DNA of 49,326 nt, taken from the sequence record DRR723986_10545. One strand, 5' to 3'. Below, in pieces: positions 1 to 9,246 of the stretch. The notes under the pieces are model-generated. The model made no database searches, was not told where the DNA came from, and worked only from the letters and a program-made list of their open reading frames with translations. A program made the position numbers and the translations under genes. Position 1 is the stretch's first letter, and each line of letters starts with the position of its first letter.

Positions 1-2
1 CG

Positions 3-30
3 AAAAAGCGACTAATATTAGTCGCTTTTT
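3..30. terminator. Bidirectional intrinsic terminator downstream of bcp
   Basis: Perfect 28-bp palindrome AAAAAGCGACTAAT|ATTAGTCGCTTTTT with A/T tails, 17 bp past the bcp stop. Confidence 0.85.
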
Positions 31-47
31 TTCTTTAATCATTTCTA

Positions 48-503
48 TTAGTTCGTAAGAATTTGGTCAGTATGTTCTTTTGTTTTAACCTTAGTTATTA
101 CATCTTCTAAAATACCATTTTCATCAATAACAAAAGTTGTTCTGTGAATACCATCATACTCTCGTCCCATAAATTTCTTCGGTCCCCAAACTCCAAATGC
201 ATTGATTACAGCTTTATCTTCATCAGCAAGAAGTGGATATTGAAATCCATATTTATTTTTAAAATTTGATTGTCTTTTAGCACTATCTGCACTTACTCCT
301 ATTATATCGTAGCCTTGTGCCTTAAACCTGTCATAGTTATCGTTTAGATTACAAGCTTCAGCCGTACAGCCTGGTGTACTTGCTTTGGGATAGAAAAAAA
401 CCACAAGTTTCTTTCCTTTATAGTCTGATAATGAAATAGAATTTCCATCTTGATCTAGTGCTGAAAAATCTGGTGCTTTATCACCTGCTTTTAAGTGTGT
501 CAT
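48..503 (-). CDS. bcp: Thioredoxin-dependent thiol peroxidase (Bcp/PrxQ)
   Basis: FYPKASTPGCTAEAC peroxidatic CxxxxC motif and GDKAPDF N-terminus; start moved to ATG at 503 (MTHLKAG) to avoid overlap with nth. Confidence 0.93.
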   Translation of the reverse strand: MTHLKAGDKAPDFSALDQDGNSISLSDYKGKKLVVFFYPKASTPGCTAEACNLNDNYDRFKAQGYDIIGVSADSAKRQSNFKNKYGFQYPLLADEDKAVINAFGVWGPKKFMGREYDGIHRTTFVIDENGILEDVITKVKTKEHTDQILTN

Positions 504-509
504 ATTGCT

Positions 510-517
510 TAAATTTG
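510..517 (+). promoter_or_regulatory. Bacteroidota -7 promoter element for nth
   Basis: TAAATTTG matches TAnnTTTG, 22 bp upstream of the ATG at 540. Confidence 0.6.
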
Positions 518-539
518 TGTTTCTGTAAAAATACAATGA

Positions 540-1196
540 ATGACTAAGCAAGAAAAGGTAAAGTTTGTTATAAATACGTTAAATCAGCTTTATCCCGAAA
601 TTCCAATACCATTAGATCATAAGGATCCATACACCTTATTAATTGCAGTATTAATGTCGGCACAGAGTACAGATGTACGTGTTAATCAAATCACTCCGTT
701 ATTATTTGAACATGCGGATAATCCTTATGACATGGTTAAACTAAGTGTTGATGAAATACGAGAGATTATTAAACCAGTAGGACTATCGCCTATGAAAAGT
801 AAAGGTATCCACGGATTATCTCATATTTTAATTGATAAGTATAATGGAGAGGTACCGCAAACTTATAAAGCTCTTGAAGATTTGCCAGCCGTTGGACATA
901 AAACGGCTGCTGTTGTCTTGTCTCAAGCCTTTGGGATACCAGCATTTCCTGTCGATACGCATATTCATCGTTTAATGTATCGTTGGAATTTAACAAATGG
1001 TAAAAATGTTGTACAAACTGAAAAAGATGCCAAACGACTATTTCCTAAAGATCTTTGGAATGATCTTCATCTTCAAATTATATGGTATGGTAGGGAATAT
1101 TCTCCTGCACGTGGATGGGATTTAGAGAAAGACATAATTACTAAAACCATTGGAAGAAAATCCGTAATAGACCAATATTACAAAGGCAAAAAATAG
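540..1196 (+). CDS. nth: Endonuclease III (HhH-GPD DNA glycosylase), lacking Fe-S cysteines
   Basis: LLIAVLMSAQSTD, HhH LPAVGHKTA (catalytic Lys) and FPVDTH (catalytic Asp); the protein contains no Cys. Confidence 0.9.
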   Translation: MTKQEKVKFVINTLNQLYPEIPIPLDHKDPYTLLIAVLMSAQSTDVRVNQITPLLFEHADNPYDMVKLSVDEIREIIKPVGLSPMKSKGIHGLSHILIDKYNGEVPQTYKALEDLPAVGHKTAAVVLSQAFGIPAFPVDTHIHRLMYRWNLTNGKNVVQTEKDAKRLFPKDLWNDLHLQIIWYGREYSPARGWDLEKDIITKTIGRKSVIDQYYKGKK

Positions 1197-1201
1197 CATT
1201 A

Positions 1202-1236
1202 AAAAAAATCCTGAATCTTTTGATTCAGGATTTTTT
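1202..1236. terminator. Bidirectional intrinsic terminator between nth and the convergent sigma/small-ORF unit
   Basis: AAAAAATCCTGAATC-TTTT-GATTCAGGATTTTTT inverted repeat. Confidence 0.88.
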
Positions 1237-1242
1237 ACCAAC

Positions 1243-1386
1243 TTAATTTAGAAGTGCTTCAAACTTCAATTTATTATAATTTATAACACTTAAAGCCTTA
1301 GAATAATTCAAAAGGAAACTAATAGTTTCATCTTTTGGTGTTAGGTTGTTCTTTTTTGGGGTTGCATTAGAGTAAATTTTTTCCAT
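1243..1386 (-). CDS. Small 47-aa hypothetical protein downstream of the ECF sigma factor (absent from the ORF track)
   Basis: Hand translation MEKIYSNATPKKNNLTPKDETISFLLNYSKALSVINYNKLKFEALLN*; A-rich leader; stop lies just before the terminator. Confidence 0.7.
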   Translation of the reverse strand: MEKIYSNATPKKNNLTPKDETISFLLNYSKALSVINYNKLKFEALLN

Positions 1387-1443
1387 TTTAATATTTTAGG
1401 GATTATTATATGGACATAACGCAACAAAAAATACTTTATTGTA

Positions 1444-2028
1444 TCAATTTGTTAAAACGATATTATTTTGCTCAATGACCTTGCGCATATTAATAAGTGC
1501 ATAACGCATTCTACCAAGTGCAGTATTAATACTAACACCTGTTCGTTCTGAGATTTCTTTAAAACTCATATCTTGATACATACGCATTAACAATACTTGT
1601 TTTTGGTCTTCTGGTAATTCCTCAATAATTCGTCTTACATCAGATTCTACCTGATCTTTTATTATACTTTTTTCAGCATTTAAACTAGAATCACTTAAAA
1701 CAGAAAAAATACTAAACTCGCCAGCATTATCAAATTTAGGCATACGACTATTCTTTCTAAAATGATCTATCACCAAATTATGTGCAATACGCATAACCCA
1801 AGGTAAAAATTTACCTTCTTCATTATATTTTCCTCGTTTTAAAGTTCTAATTACTTTAATAAAAGTATCCTGAAAAACATCTTCAGTGATATCTCTATCG
1901 TAAACTTTAGAATAAATAAAACTGTAAATTTTCTGTTTGTGACGTTCTATCAAAATTGATAGTGCCCTTTCATCTCCTTTAATGTAGTTGCTAACCAACT
2001 CTGCGTCTTGGATAAGTTCTTTTTTCAT
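1444..2028 (-). CDS. ECF-family RNA polymerase sigma-70 factor
   Basis: Region 2 EDVFQDTFIKV..FLPWVMRIAHNLVIDHFRK; region 4 MSFKEISERTGVSINTALGRMRYA; start taken at MKKELIQ (2028). Confidence 0.92.
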   Translation of the reverse strand: MKKELIQDAELVSNYIKGDERALSILIERHKQKIYSFIYSKVYDRDITEDVFQDTFIKVIRTLKRGKYNEEGKFLPWVMRIAHNLVIDHFRKNSRMPKFDNAGEFSIFSVLSDSSLNAEKSIIKDQVESDVRRIIEELPEDQKQVLLMRMYQDMSFKEISERTGVSINTALGRMRYALINMRKVIEQNNIVLTN

Positions 2029-2133
2029 AATTATTACTTTAGCACCTAGAAATAGCTTTCTAAGCATGGGGTTTTAGCTGTTTTCTTAAAGTAATATTAT
2101 GCTATACGCAGTTGTTTTTTAAATGATTTTGTT

Positions 2134-2141
2134 CAAATATA
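2134..2141 (-). promoter_or_regulatory. -7 promoter element for the ECF sigma gene
   Basis: Minus-strand TATATTTG matches TAnnTTTG. Confidence 0.5.
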
Positions 2142-2231
2142 ACAACAATCATTCCGAAAAAACAAAACTTAAGGCTAAATTTTAACATTTAATCTAACAT
2201 TTTCAGACTTTAACAGCTGAAATAGTTAACG

Positions 2232-2239
2232 TATCTTTG
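2232..2239 (+). promoter_or_regulatory. -7 promoter element for uvrA
   Basis: TATCTTTG followed by C, 24 bp before ATG 2264. Confidence 0.65.
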
Positions 2240-2263
2240 CAAAATTATACCCGTAAAAATCCT

Positions 2264-5053
2264 ATGAATACTACTACTCTAGATGTAAATCCAAAAGAAA
2301 ATATCATCATTAAAGGTGCAAAACTGCATAATCTTAAAAATATTGATGTAGTTATTCCTAGAAACAAATTGGTAGTGATTACTGGTTTATCAGGATCTGG
2401 AAAGTCTAGTTTAGCCTTTGACACACTATATGCAGAGGGACAACGACGATATGTAGAAAGCTTATCTAGTTATGCACGTCAGTTCTTAGGGAGATTAAAC
2501 AAACCAAAAGTAGATTACATAAAAGGTATTGCTCCAGCAATTGCAATAGAGCAAAAGGTTAATTCAACCAATCCACGTTCTACCGTTGGCACAACCACAG
2601 AAATTTATGATTATTTAAAATTATTATTTGCAAGAATAGGAAAAACTTACTCACCAATTTCTAGAAAAGAAGTAAAAAAGCACACTGTAACAGATGTAAT
2701 AGAACATATTATAACTTTTGAAGAAGGTTCGAAACTATTGCTCTTATCTCCTATAATTTTAGAAGAAGGACGAACGGTAGAAAATAAACTTCAAACTTTA
2801 CAGCAACAAGGTTATGCCAGAATCAAGTACAATGACGACGTTATCCGTATAGATGATGCTTTAAAACAAAATATAAAAACTAGTAAAAATCTTTTTTTGG
2901 TAGTAGATAGAATAGTTTTTAAAAATGATGAAGACTTTTTAAATCGGTTAGCAGATGCAATTGAAACCGCATTTTTTGAGGGTATTGGGACATGTATAGT
3001 AGAATCATTAAAAGATAATAAAACAACCCATTTTAATAATAAGTTTGAACTAGACGGTTTAACCTTTTTAGAACCAAACTCACACTTGTTTAGTTTTAAT
3101 AATCCTTATGGTGCCTGCCCAAAATGCGAAGGTTATGGTGATGTTATAGGTATTGATGAAGACTTAGTTATTCCTAACACAGCCTTGTCTGTTTACGAGA
3201 ATGCGATTTTTCCATGGAGAGGTGAAAGCATGAGTTGGTACAGAGACCAATTAGTAAATAACTCTCATAAATTTAATTTCCCAATTCATAAACCATTCTT
3301 TGAGTTAACTGATGAACATAAGGCATTAATTTGGAAGGGGAACCAGTATTTTGAAGGTCTCAATGGTTTCTTTACAGAATTAGAATCCAAGGCTTATAAA
3401 ATTCAAAACCGTGTAATGCTATCTCGTTACAGAGGAAAAACTAAATGTAATGTTTGTAAGGGCAAGCGCTTAAGGGAGGAAGCTGATTACGTTAAAATAA
3501 ATGACACCACGATTACCAACCTAGTAGATTTACCACTTAAAGAATTGGTAAGTTTTTTTAAAAATCTAAAACTTAATAAGTACGACACTAAAATAGCAAA
3601 GCGATTACTAGCGGAAATAAATACTAGGTTAGAGTTCTTAACTAATGTAGGATTAGATTATTTAACTCTAAATAGACGATCTAATACTTTATCTGGTGGC
3701 GAAAGTCAAAGAATTAATTTAGCCACATCATTAGGCAGTAGTCTTGTAGGTTCTATGTACATTTTAGATGAACCAAGTATCGGTCTACACCCAAAAGATA
3801 CTGAGCGTTTAATAACCGTATTAAAGTCATTAAGAGATCTAGGAAATACCGTTATCGTTGTAGAACATGATGAAGACATTATGAAAGCTGCAAACGAAAT
3901 AATAGATATAGGCCCAGAAGCTGGTACATTTGGAGGTGAAGTTGTTGCCGTTGGAGAATTCAAAGATATCTTAGCTTCAGATACACTTACTGCTAAATAT
4001 TTAAATGGGCAATTGTCTATTGATATTCCTGAAAAAAGAAGAACATCGAAGTATCAATTAGACATTATTGGTGCCAGAGAGAATAATCTAAAAAATATAG
4101 ATGTTACATTTCCACTTGAAATGTTAACTGTTGTCACTGGAGTTTCAGGTAGTGGTAAGAGTACTTTGGTGAAAAAGATTCTTTTCCCGGCAATACAAAA
4201 AAAATTAACCGGATTCAGTGATAAAGCAGGTCAGTTTACTGAACTGAAAGGAAATCACAGTATTATTCAACATGTCGAATTTGTAGATCAAAACCCAATA
4301 GGACGTTCATCACGCTCTAATCCTGTTACATATATAAAGGCTTATGATGATATAAGAGCTTTGTTTGCATCGCAAAAATTAAGTAAAATTAGAAATTACC
4401 AAGCCAAGCATTTTAGTTTTAATGTAGATGGTGGTCGTTGTGAAACTTGTAAAGGTGAAGGTGAAGTTACTATAGAAATGCAGTTTATGGCAGATGTTCA
4501 TTTAACATGTGACACTTGTGGTGGTAAGCGTTTTAAGAAAGAAGTTTTAGAAGTACATTTTGAAAGCAAATCTATTGATGATGTCTTAAATATGACTATT
4601 GATGATGCTATAGATTTCTTCAAAACCAACAACCAGCCTAAGATTAAGAACAAATTGCAACCCTTACAAGATGTTGGTCTTGGCTATGTAACATTAGGTC
4701 AGTCCTCTTCTACTCTTTCTGGTGGTGAGGCACAACGAATAAAACTCGCTACCTTTTTAGGTAAAGGCAGTAAAAGTGATAATGCACTTTTCATTTTTGA
4801 TGAGCCAACGACGGGTTTACATTTTCATGATATACAGAAATTATTAAAATCATTCCAGGCACTAATTGCTAAAGGCCACTCTATTATCGTTATAGAACAT
4901 AATCTTGATTTAATTAAATGTGCTGATTATATTATAGATCTAGGGCCTGAAGGTGGTAAACAAGGTGGCCAATTATTGGCATGTGGAACACCAGAAGAAG
5001 TTGCTAGAAATAACAAATCAGTTACAGGTAAATACCTTAAAGAAAAGCTATAG
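2264..5053 (+). CDS. uvrA: Excinuclease ABC subunit A
   Basis: Two ABC ATPase domains (GLSGSGKSS, GVSGSGKST, LSGGESQRI, LSGGEAQRI), EGQRRYVES, Zn ligands CPKC/CNVC and CETC/CDTC; start at ATG 2264, downstream of the -7 box. Confidence 0.95.
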   Translation: MNTTTLDVNPKENIIIKGAKLHNLKNIDVVIPRNKLVVITGLSGSGKSSLAFDTLYAEGQRRYVESLSSYARQFLGRLNKPKVDYIKGIAPAIAIEQKVNSTNPRSTVGTTTEIYDYLKLLFARIGKTYSPISRKEVKKHTVTDVIEHIITFEEGSKLLLLSPIILEEGRTVENKLQTLQQQGYARIKYNDDVIRIDDALKQNIKTSKNLFLVVDRIVFKNDEDFLNRLADAIETAFFEGIGTCIVESLKDNKTTHFNNKFELDGLTFLEPNSHLFSFNNPYGACPKCEGYGDVIGIDEDLVIPNTALSVYENAIFPWRGESMSWYRDQLVNNSHKFNFPIHKPFFELTDEHKALIWKGNQYFEGLNGFFTELESKAYKIQNRVMLSRYRGKTKCNVCKGKRLREEADYVKINDTTITNLVDLPLKELVSFFKNLKLNKYDTKIAKRLLAEINTRLEFLTNVGLDYLTLNRRSNTLSGGESQRINLATSLGSSLVGSMYILDEPSIGLHPKDTERLITVLKSLRDLGNTVIVVEHDEDIMKAANEIIDIGPEAGTFGGEVVAVGEFKDILASDTLTAKYLNGQLSIDIPEKRRTSKYQLDIIGARENNLKNIDVTFPLEMLTVVTGVSGSGKSTLVKKILFPAIQKKLTGFSDKAGQFTELKGNHSIIQHVEFVDQNPIGRSSRSNPVTYIKAYDDIRALFASQKLSKIRNYQAKHFSFNVDGGRCETCKGEGEVTIEMQFMADVHLTCDTCGGKRFKKEVLEVHFESKSIDDVLNMTIDDAIDFFKTNNQPKIKNKLQPLQDVGLGYVTLGQSSSTLSGGEAQRIKLATFLGKGSKSDNALFIFDEPTTGLHFHDIQKLLKSFQALIAKGHSIIVIEHNLDLIKCADYIIDLGPEGGKQGGQLLACGTPEEVARNNKSVTGKYLKEKL

Positions 5054-5120
5054 AATTAAAATGCTTTTATTTTAAGGTAATTTTTAAACATCGCAATTTG
5101 CTTTCATAAAACCAAAATAA

Positions 5121-6191
5121 TTAATAAAATAAAAAGGCTATCATACCAAGAATTGTAAAAGACAATGGCAATACAAATAACAGAAATAAGAAGCTCACTA
5201 ATCCACTCTTTATAAAACTTAAAAACCAATTCTGGTTGTAAAACTTAATTATTGCAATCAATAAATAAAAAAAGGTTGATAGTACTATTAGCCAATCAAT
5301 CCAGTCTGGTATATCGGTTATCCACCAGTTTATAGCCAATAATATACTAAATATGGTAAACAAAAAAGAGAAGTAATAAAAACTAAAAACCAAGTGATGT
5401 GAGTATCGACCTTTTTTAAAAAAGAATAACTTTAATAGTAATGCAAATATTGGTAGTAAGAAAAACATTGCTAATGGTATACTATCAATAAACGTCTGAT
5501 AAATTTGACCTAAACCCATAGTTTTGTAAAATTTTAAAATCTGGGCATAAAATTTTCTTGTGAAATAACCTGCGTCATCATCCATTCCCATATATCTAAT
5601 AATTTCTTTATCAGATGCTCCAATAGATATAAGTGAATCTATTTCACGTTCATTAAAACTGAACGATTTTCCAATATTTTTTTTGGGAATTTTAATAGTA
5701 GAAATAGAGTCTAATGCCTTTAAATCCTCTTCGTCTAAGCCAATAGTTACACCATTGTCCTTTATAGGTTTTATATACTTATCAATTTCTATTGAATCTT
5801 GAGGAATGCTATCTTGAGTAATAACTTTTTCCTTACGATTGGCTAAAACACGTTCCATATTTTTATCGAGTTCTTTTCTGCCCTCTCTCACATAAAAATT
5901 GAAAATAAAAAAGAAAATAACTGCAACAAATAAATACATCTGTGCAGGATGCAGATATAATAATCTTTTACCTTTAATAAATTCTGATGCTAAATATCCA
6001 GGTCTAAAAACCAATGGAAAAAAACTTTTTAAAAAACGCGCATCAAAAGAAAAGTAGTTGCTTATGGTATTATAGAATAATACTCCAATTGTTAGTTCAT
6101 CGTTTGTCTTCTGACCACAATGTGGGCAAAACTCAAAGCCATCTTCATAAGGCTTTTCACAATTTTGGCAATTTACTTGGTTTGGTTCCAT
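5121..6191 (-). CDS. DUF3667-type membrane protein with N-terminal zinc ribbon
   Basis: CQNC..FCPHCGQK zinc ribbon, RPGYLASEFIKGKR..YLHPAQMYLF motif, several C-terminal TM helices. Confidence 0.8.
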   Translation of the reverse strand: MEPNQVNCQNCEKPYEDGFEFCPHCGQKTNDELTIGVLFYNTISNYFSFDARFLKSFFPLVFRPGYLASEFIKGKRLLYLHPAQMYLFVAVIFFFIFNFYVREGRKELDKNMERVLANRKEKVITQDSIPQDSIEIDKYIKPIKDNGVTIGLDEEDLKALDSISTIKIPKKNIGKSFSFNEREIDSLISIGASDKEIIRYMGMDDDAGYFTRKFYAQILKFYKTMGLGQIYQTFIDSIPLAMFFLLPIFALLLKLFFFKKGRYSHHLVFSFYYFSFLFTIFSILLAINWWITDIPDWIDWLIVLSTFFYLLIAIIKFYNQNWFLSFIKSGLVSFLFLLFVLPLSFTILGMIAFLFY

Positions 6192-6256
6192 TTTAAGTAA
6201 TTAGCTTTCTTTAAAAGTATTTCTTAAACAGTAATTAAAAAACTGGTAAACAGATT

Positions 6257-7681
6257 TTAATCTAATTTAACAGAATAGTTTTGATGAGCTTTTGCTCTGT
6301 ATACTTTACCATCTTTATCTCTTTCAAAAACCATAGTCTCACCTAATTCTCCATTATTTTTCATCCTTTTAAATGTATCTCCAGATATATGTATATAAAT
6401 CTTAGCATCTCTTATAGGATCATCGGAAGGTAGTCTTAATAACACCAATTTTCCATTCCAACTTCCAACATAACTCTCACTTCCCCAAGGTTGACTATTG
6501 TAATAACCAACATAATCATCAATAATAAAATCAGGTTTTGGCTTACTTAAAACCTCAGTTTTACCCATAATTGCATTTATTGCCTTTAAATACTTGCCAG
6601 GATTAGTACCACCTGCATTTATCATTACAGAATATGCCATTTTAGATTTTAAATTAAGTTGAAGTGTACTTCTATACCCAGGACAACTACCGCCATGACC
6701 AACCCATTTTGCACCATCATCACCTTTGTAAACTGAAAACCCTAAACCCCATGTTAAATCAAAATCAGGGTTTGTCCAATGGACATTATGCATGTTTTTT
6801 AGAGTTGATGGTTTAAGTATTTCTTTTGCTATTGTATCTCTTAATCTAAATTGCCAAGACGCAAATTTTGCTAAATCAATTACGTTAGATGAGAAACCAG
6901 CTGCAGGTGTAATACCCTTAGCATCAAACAATGGGACTTCATCTCTTTTATGGTTTCTATCAATAGCTGTGTAACCTATGGCCAGTTGATTTCCATATAA
7001 ATCTTCAGGCAAGCTAGGTCTCGTGTCATTAAGTTGCAATGGCTCTAGAATATGTTTTATGACATAGTCTTCGTATGACATTCCCGATAATTCTGCTACA
7101 ACTTCGCCTAATAATGATAAAGCCAAATTACTATATTGAAAATTATCTGAGGCCGGATATAATGTTTCTTGGTTTTCCATAGCTTTCTTCATTTCCTCTA
7201 TAGTTGGAAAGGGAAAATCTGGCGCTGTCCAATATGCAACGTCAGACTGTCTTGGTAAACCAGACGAATGTGTTAATAATGATCGAATTGTAATTGGGCC
7301 ACTATCAGCATATTGTTGCTTTAGATTAAACCATGGCAAAATATCTTTTAATTCGTCATCTAAACGCAATTTACCGTCGTCATATAGTTTCATTATTGCA
7401 ACGGAAGTAAACAATTTAGAAATTGAACAGATACTGCATAATGTACTTACTTCTGCATCAATATCGTCATTTACATTTGCCTTTCCGAAGGCTCCGCTCC
7501 ATAATAATTCCTGATCATGAACAATGGCTGCTGATATGCCTGGCAAAGATTCAAAATCTTTCTGAGCCTCTAACCAAACCTCAATAATTTTAAATGCTTC
7601 TTCATAATTCTTTTTGCCATTTTGAGAAAAACAATTAAGTGTGAAAAATAGTAATGCGATTAGTAGAAGTGATTTCTTCAA
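6257..7681 (-). CDS. Secreted serine hydrolase, beta-lactamase/AmpC-like family
   Basis: Signal peptide; SISK (SxxK), LLTHSSGL, YSN and HGGS motifs; TTG start. Confidence 0.85.
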   Translation of the reverse strand: MKKSLLLIALLFFTLNCFSQNGKKNYEEAFKIIEVWLEAQKDFESLPGISAAIVHDQELLWSGAFGKANVNDDIDAEVSTLCSICSISKLFTSVAIMKLYDDGKLRLDDELKDILPWFNLKQQYADSGPITIRSLLTHSSGLPRQSDVAYWTAPDFPFPTIEEMKKAMENQETLYPASDNFQYSNLALSLLGEVVAELSGMSYEDYVIKHILEPLQLNDTRPSLPEDLYGNQLAIGYTAIDRNHKRDEVPLFDAKGITPAAGFSSNVIDLAKFASWQFRLRDTIAKEILKPSTLKNMHNVHWTNPDFDLTWGLGFSVYKGDDGAKWVGHGGSCPGYRSTLQLNLKSKMAYSVMINAGGTNPGKYLKAINAIMGKTEVLSKPKPDFIIDDYVGYYNSQPWGSESYVGSWNGKLVLLRLPSDDPIRDAKIYIHISGDTFKRMKNNGELGETMVFERDKDGKVYRAKAHQNYSVKLD

Positions 7682-7779
7682 AATAATGAGATTTAATTAA
7701 TAGCTTCTGAAATATATAATAAATATATGTAATAAATGAGTATAGATTACTTTTTGATGAAGTAGCATATATTATAATA

Positions 7780-7822
7780 ATCTGTAAACCAGCATATTAA
7801 AAATTGTGGCACGCTAATTGAA
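7780..7822 (+). promoter_or_regulatory. Sigma54-type -24/-12 promoter with upstream conserved box
   Basis: TGGCACG-CTAA-TTGAA at 7807-7822 (consensus TGGCACG-N4-TTGC); ATCTGTAAACCAGCATATTA at 7780-7799. Confidence 0.65.
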
Positions 7823-7889
7823 TTTCTAAACTCAAATAGCGTAAGCCGAAAAGCTAAATATGAGTAGGCACAATCTAAATTTTATAACT

Positions 7890-8588
7890 ATGAAAAAAAT
7901 AGTTTTACTTTTTACAGGAATGTTAATGGGATTAACAACTGTAACCGCAGCAGAAACTCATTCTGCATTACAAAACACAGATTTAGATATTACATCACGC
8001 TATCGTTATGCACAACCTATTTTGTTTGTAGAGCGTGGTGTAGAATTCTTAATCTTTGCTGATGGTAGCTTTGATTTTAATACAGATTTATTTTCTACAG
8101 TACCAGACAACGACAATTATTACTACAGACGTTCTAATACCAGAACAAGACGTGGAACAAACCGTACCCATGGTGCACCAGGACATAGATATTCTCATCA
8201 TAACAGAGGAGTTCTGGTAACACATGATAGATTGGGCCGTGTAAGAAGAATTGGCAACGTATTTATTAACTATGACAGACAAGGACGAATTAAACGTGCA
8301 GGTGCAGTATATATGAGTTACCGAAGAGGTCAATTGAAACAAGTTGGTGGTTTGCGTATTATTTATAATAGGTACGGTGAAGTAATTGGAACTAGAGGTC
8401 AGGTAAATTTTAGTAATCAAGGTTCTGGTTTTTGTGGGATATCAGGCTGTACTACAGACCATTTTAATGTGCAATCTCAACATAATCAGTGGGACAATGA
8501 TTGGCATGATGACTGGAATGACGACGATGATTTGTATTATTACAGAAAAAATGGTACAGTTAAAAAACAGAAGAAACTGAAGTTTTGA
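7890..8588 (+). CDS. Secreted hypothetical protein with Y(D/N)xxGR repeats (paralog of 10281..11558)
   Basis: Signal peptide MKKIVLLFTG.. (start 7890); FVERGVEFLIFADGSFDF block; ~16-aa repeats DRLGRVRRIGNVFINY/DRQGRIKRAGAVYMSY. Confidence 0.8.
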   Translation: MKKIVLLFTGMLMGLTTVTAAETHSALQNTDLDITSRYRYAQPILFVERGVEFLIFADGSFDFNTDLFSTVPDNDNYYYRRSNTRTRRGTNRTHGAPGHRYSHHNRGVLVTHDRLGRVRRIGNVFINYDRQGRIKRAGAVYMSYRRGQLKQVGGLRIIYNRYGEVIGTRGQVNFSNQGSGFCGISGCTTDHFNVQSQHNQWDNDWHDDWNDDDDLYYYRKNGTVKKQKKLKF

Positions 8589-8636
8589 AAGATTGATTGA
8601 TTTTGTTTACCATTAAGACGTCTTAATGGCTAATAG

Positions 8637-8672
8637 AAACCCTGAATGCTTCCCCAAGTACTTCAGGGTTTT
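8637..8672. terminator. Hairpin terminator between the convergent 7890 gene and the HD gene
   Basis: AAACCCTGAA...TTCAGGGTTT arms with inner TGCTT/AAGTA pairing. Confidence 0.7.
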
Positions 8673-9246
8673 ATCTTTTTAAAGCTTCTAAATTTCGAAT
8701 TTTTCTAAATGATTTATAGCGTCTACAGTAATTAGTATGATAATTATGATTTGTCAAGAATTCAATTTGTATTTCCTTCCATTCTTGTCTAGTTAAACCA
8801 TTTCTTATATAATTTAACTCCGTATATAGCAATTCACTTACAGGTTCGAATCTGTTAGTAGCTATGTATTCTAGATCTGCATCAGCTACGATCTGTTCTA
8901 ATAAATTTTGAGGATTCTGAGGAATTTTAGTTGCCATAATCATACCGCATATTTTTTCAATATCCTCATTCGAGAATCCGTATTCTCGTAATTGTGGTCT
9001 CACAATCTTACATCCTTCTTCTTCATGATTAATATGAGACGTTATGAACCCTACATCATGATATAGAGCTGCAACTTTAACCAAGGCTAAATTGTGCCCT
9101 TTTACGCCTTCCTTTTTAGCAATATATTCTGCTTTATCAACCACATATAGTGTATGACGAACATTATGGTAGGTTAAATAAGAAGGAAGTTTGTCATTAA
9201 GGCGATGCGTAACATCCTTAAGAAGAGTATTGAATTTTGTTTCCAT
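8671..9246 (-). CDS. HD-domain metal-dependent phosphohydrolase
   Basis: YHNVRHT, AALYHDVGF, HEEEG, IMATKIPQ and DADL motifs; ATG overlaps the upstream TAA (TAATG). Confidence 0.85.
   Translation of the reverse strand: METKFNTLLKDVTHRLNDKLPSYLTYHNVRHTLYVVDKAEYIAKKEGVKGHNLALVKVAALYHDVGFITSHINHEEEGCKIVRPQLREYGFSNEDIEKICGMIMATKIPQNPQNLLEQIVADADLEYIATNRFEPVSELLYTELNYIRNGLTRQEWKEIQIEFLTNHNYHTNYCRRYKSFRKIRNLEALKR

Noticed and set aside
6257-7681. Serine hydrolase as a true beta-lactam resistance gene
   Set aside because: The motifs place it only in the broad AmpC-like peptidase/esterase family; substrate cannot be inferred
8671-9246. HD protein as part of a Pycsar/CBASS or Cas3-type defence system
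   Set aside because: No cyclase, effector TM domain, helicase, cas gene or array nearby; it is a stand-alone HD domain
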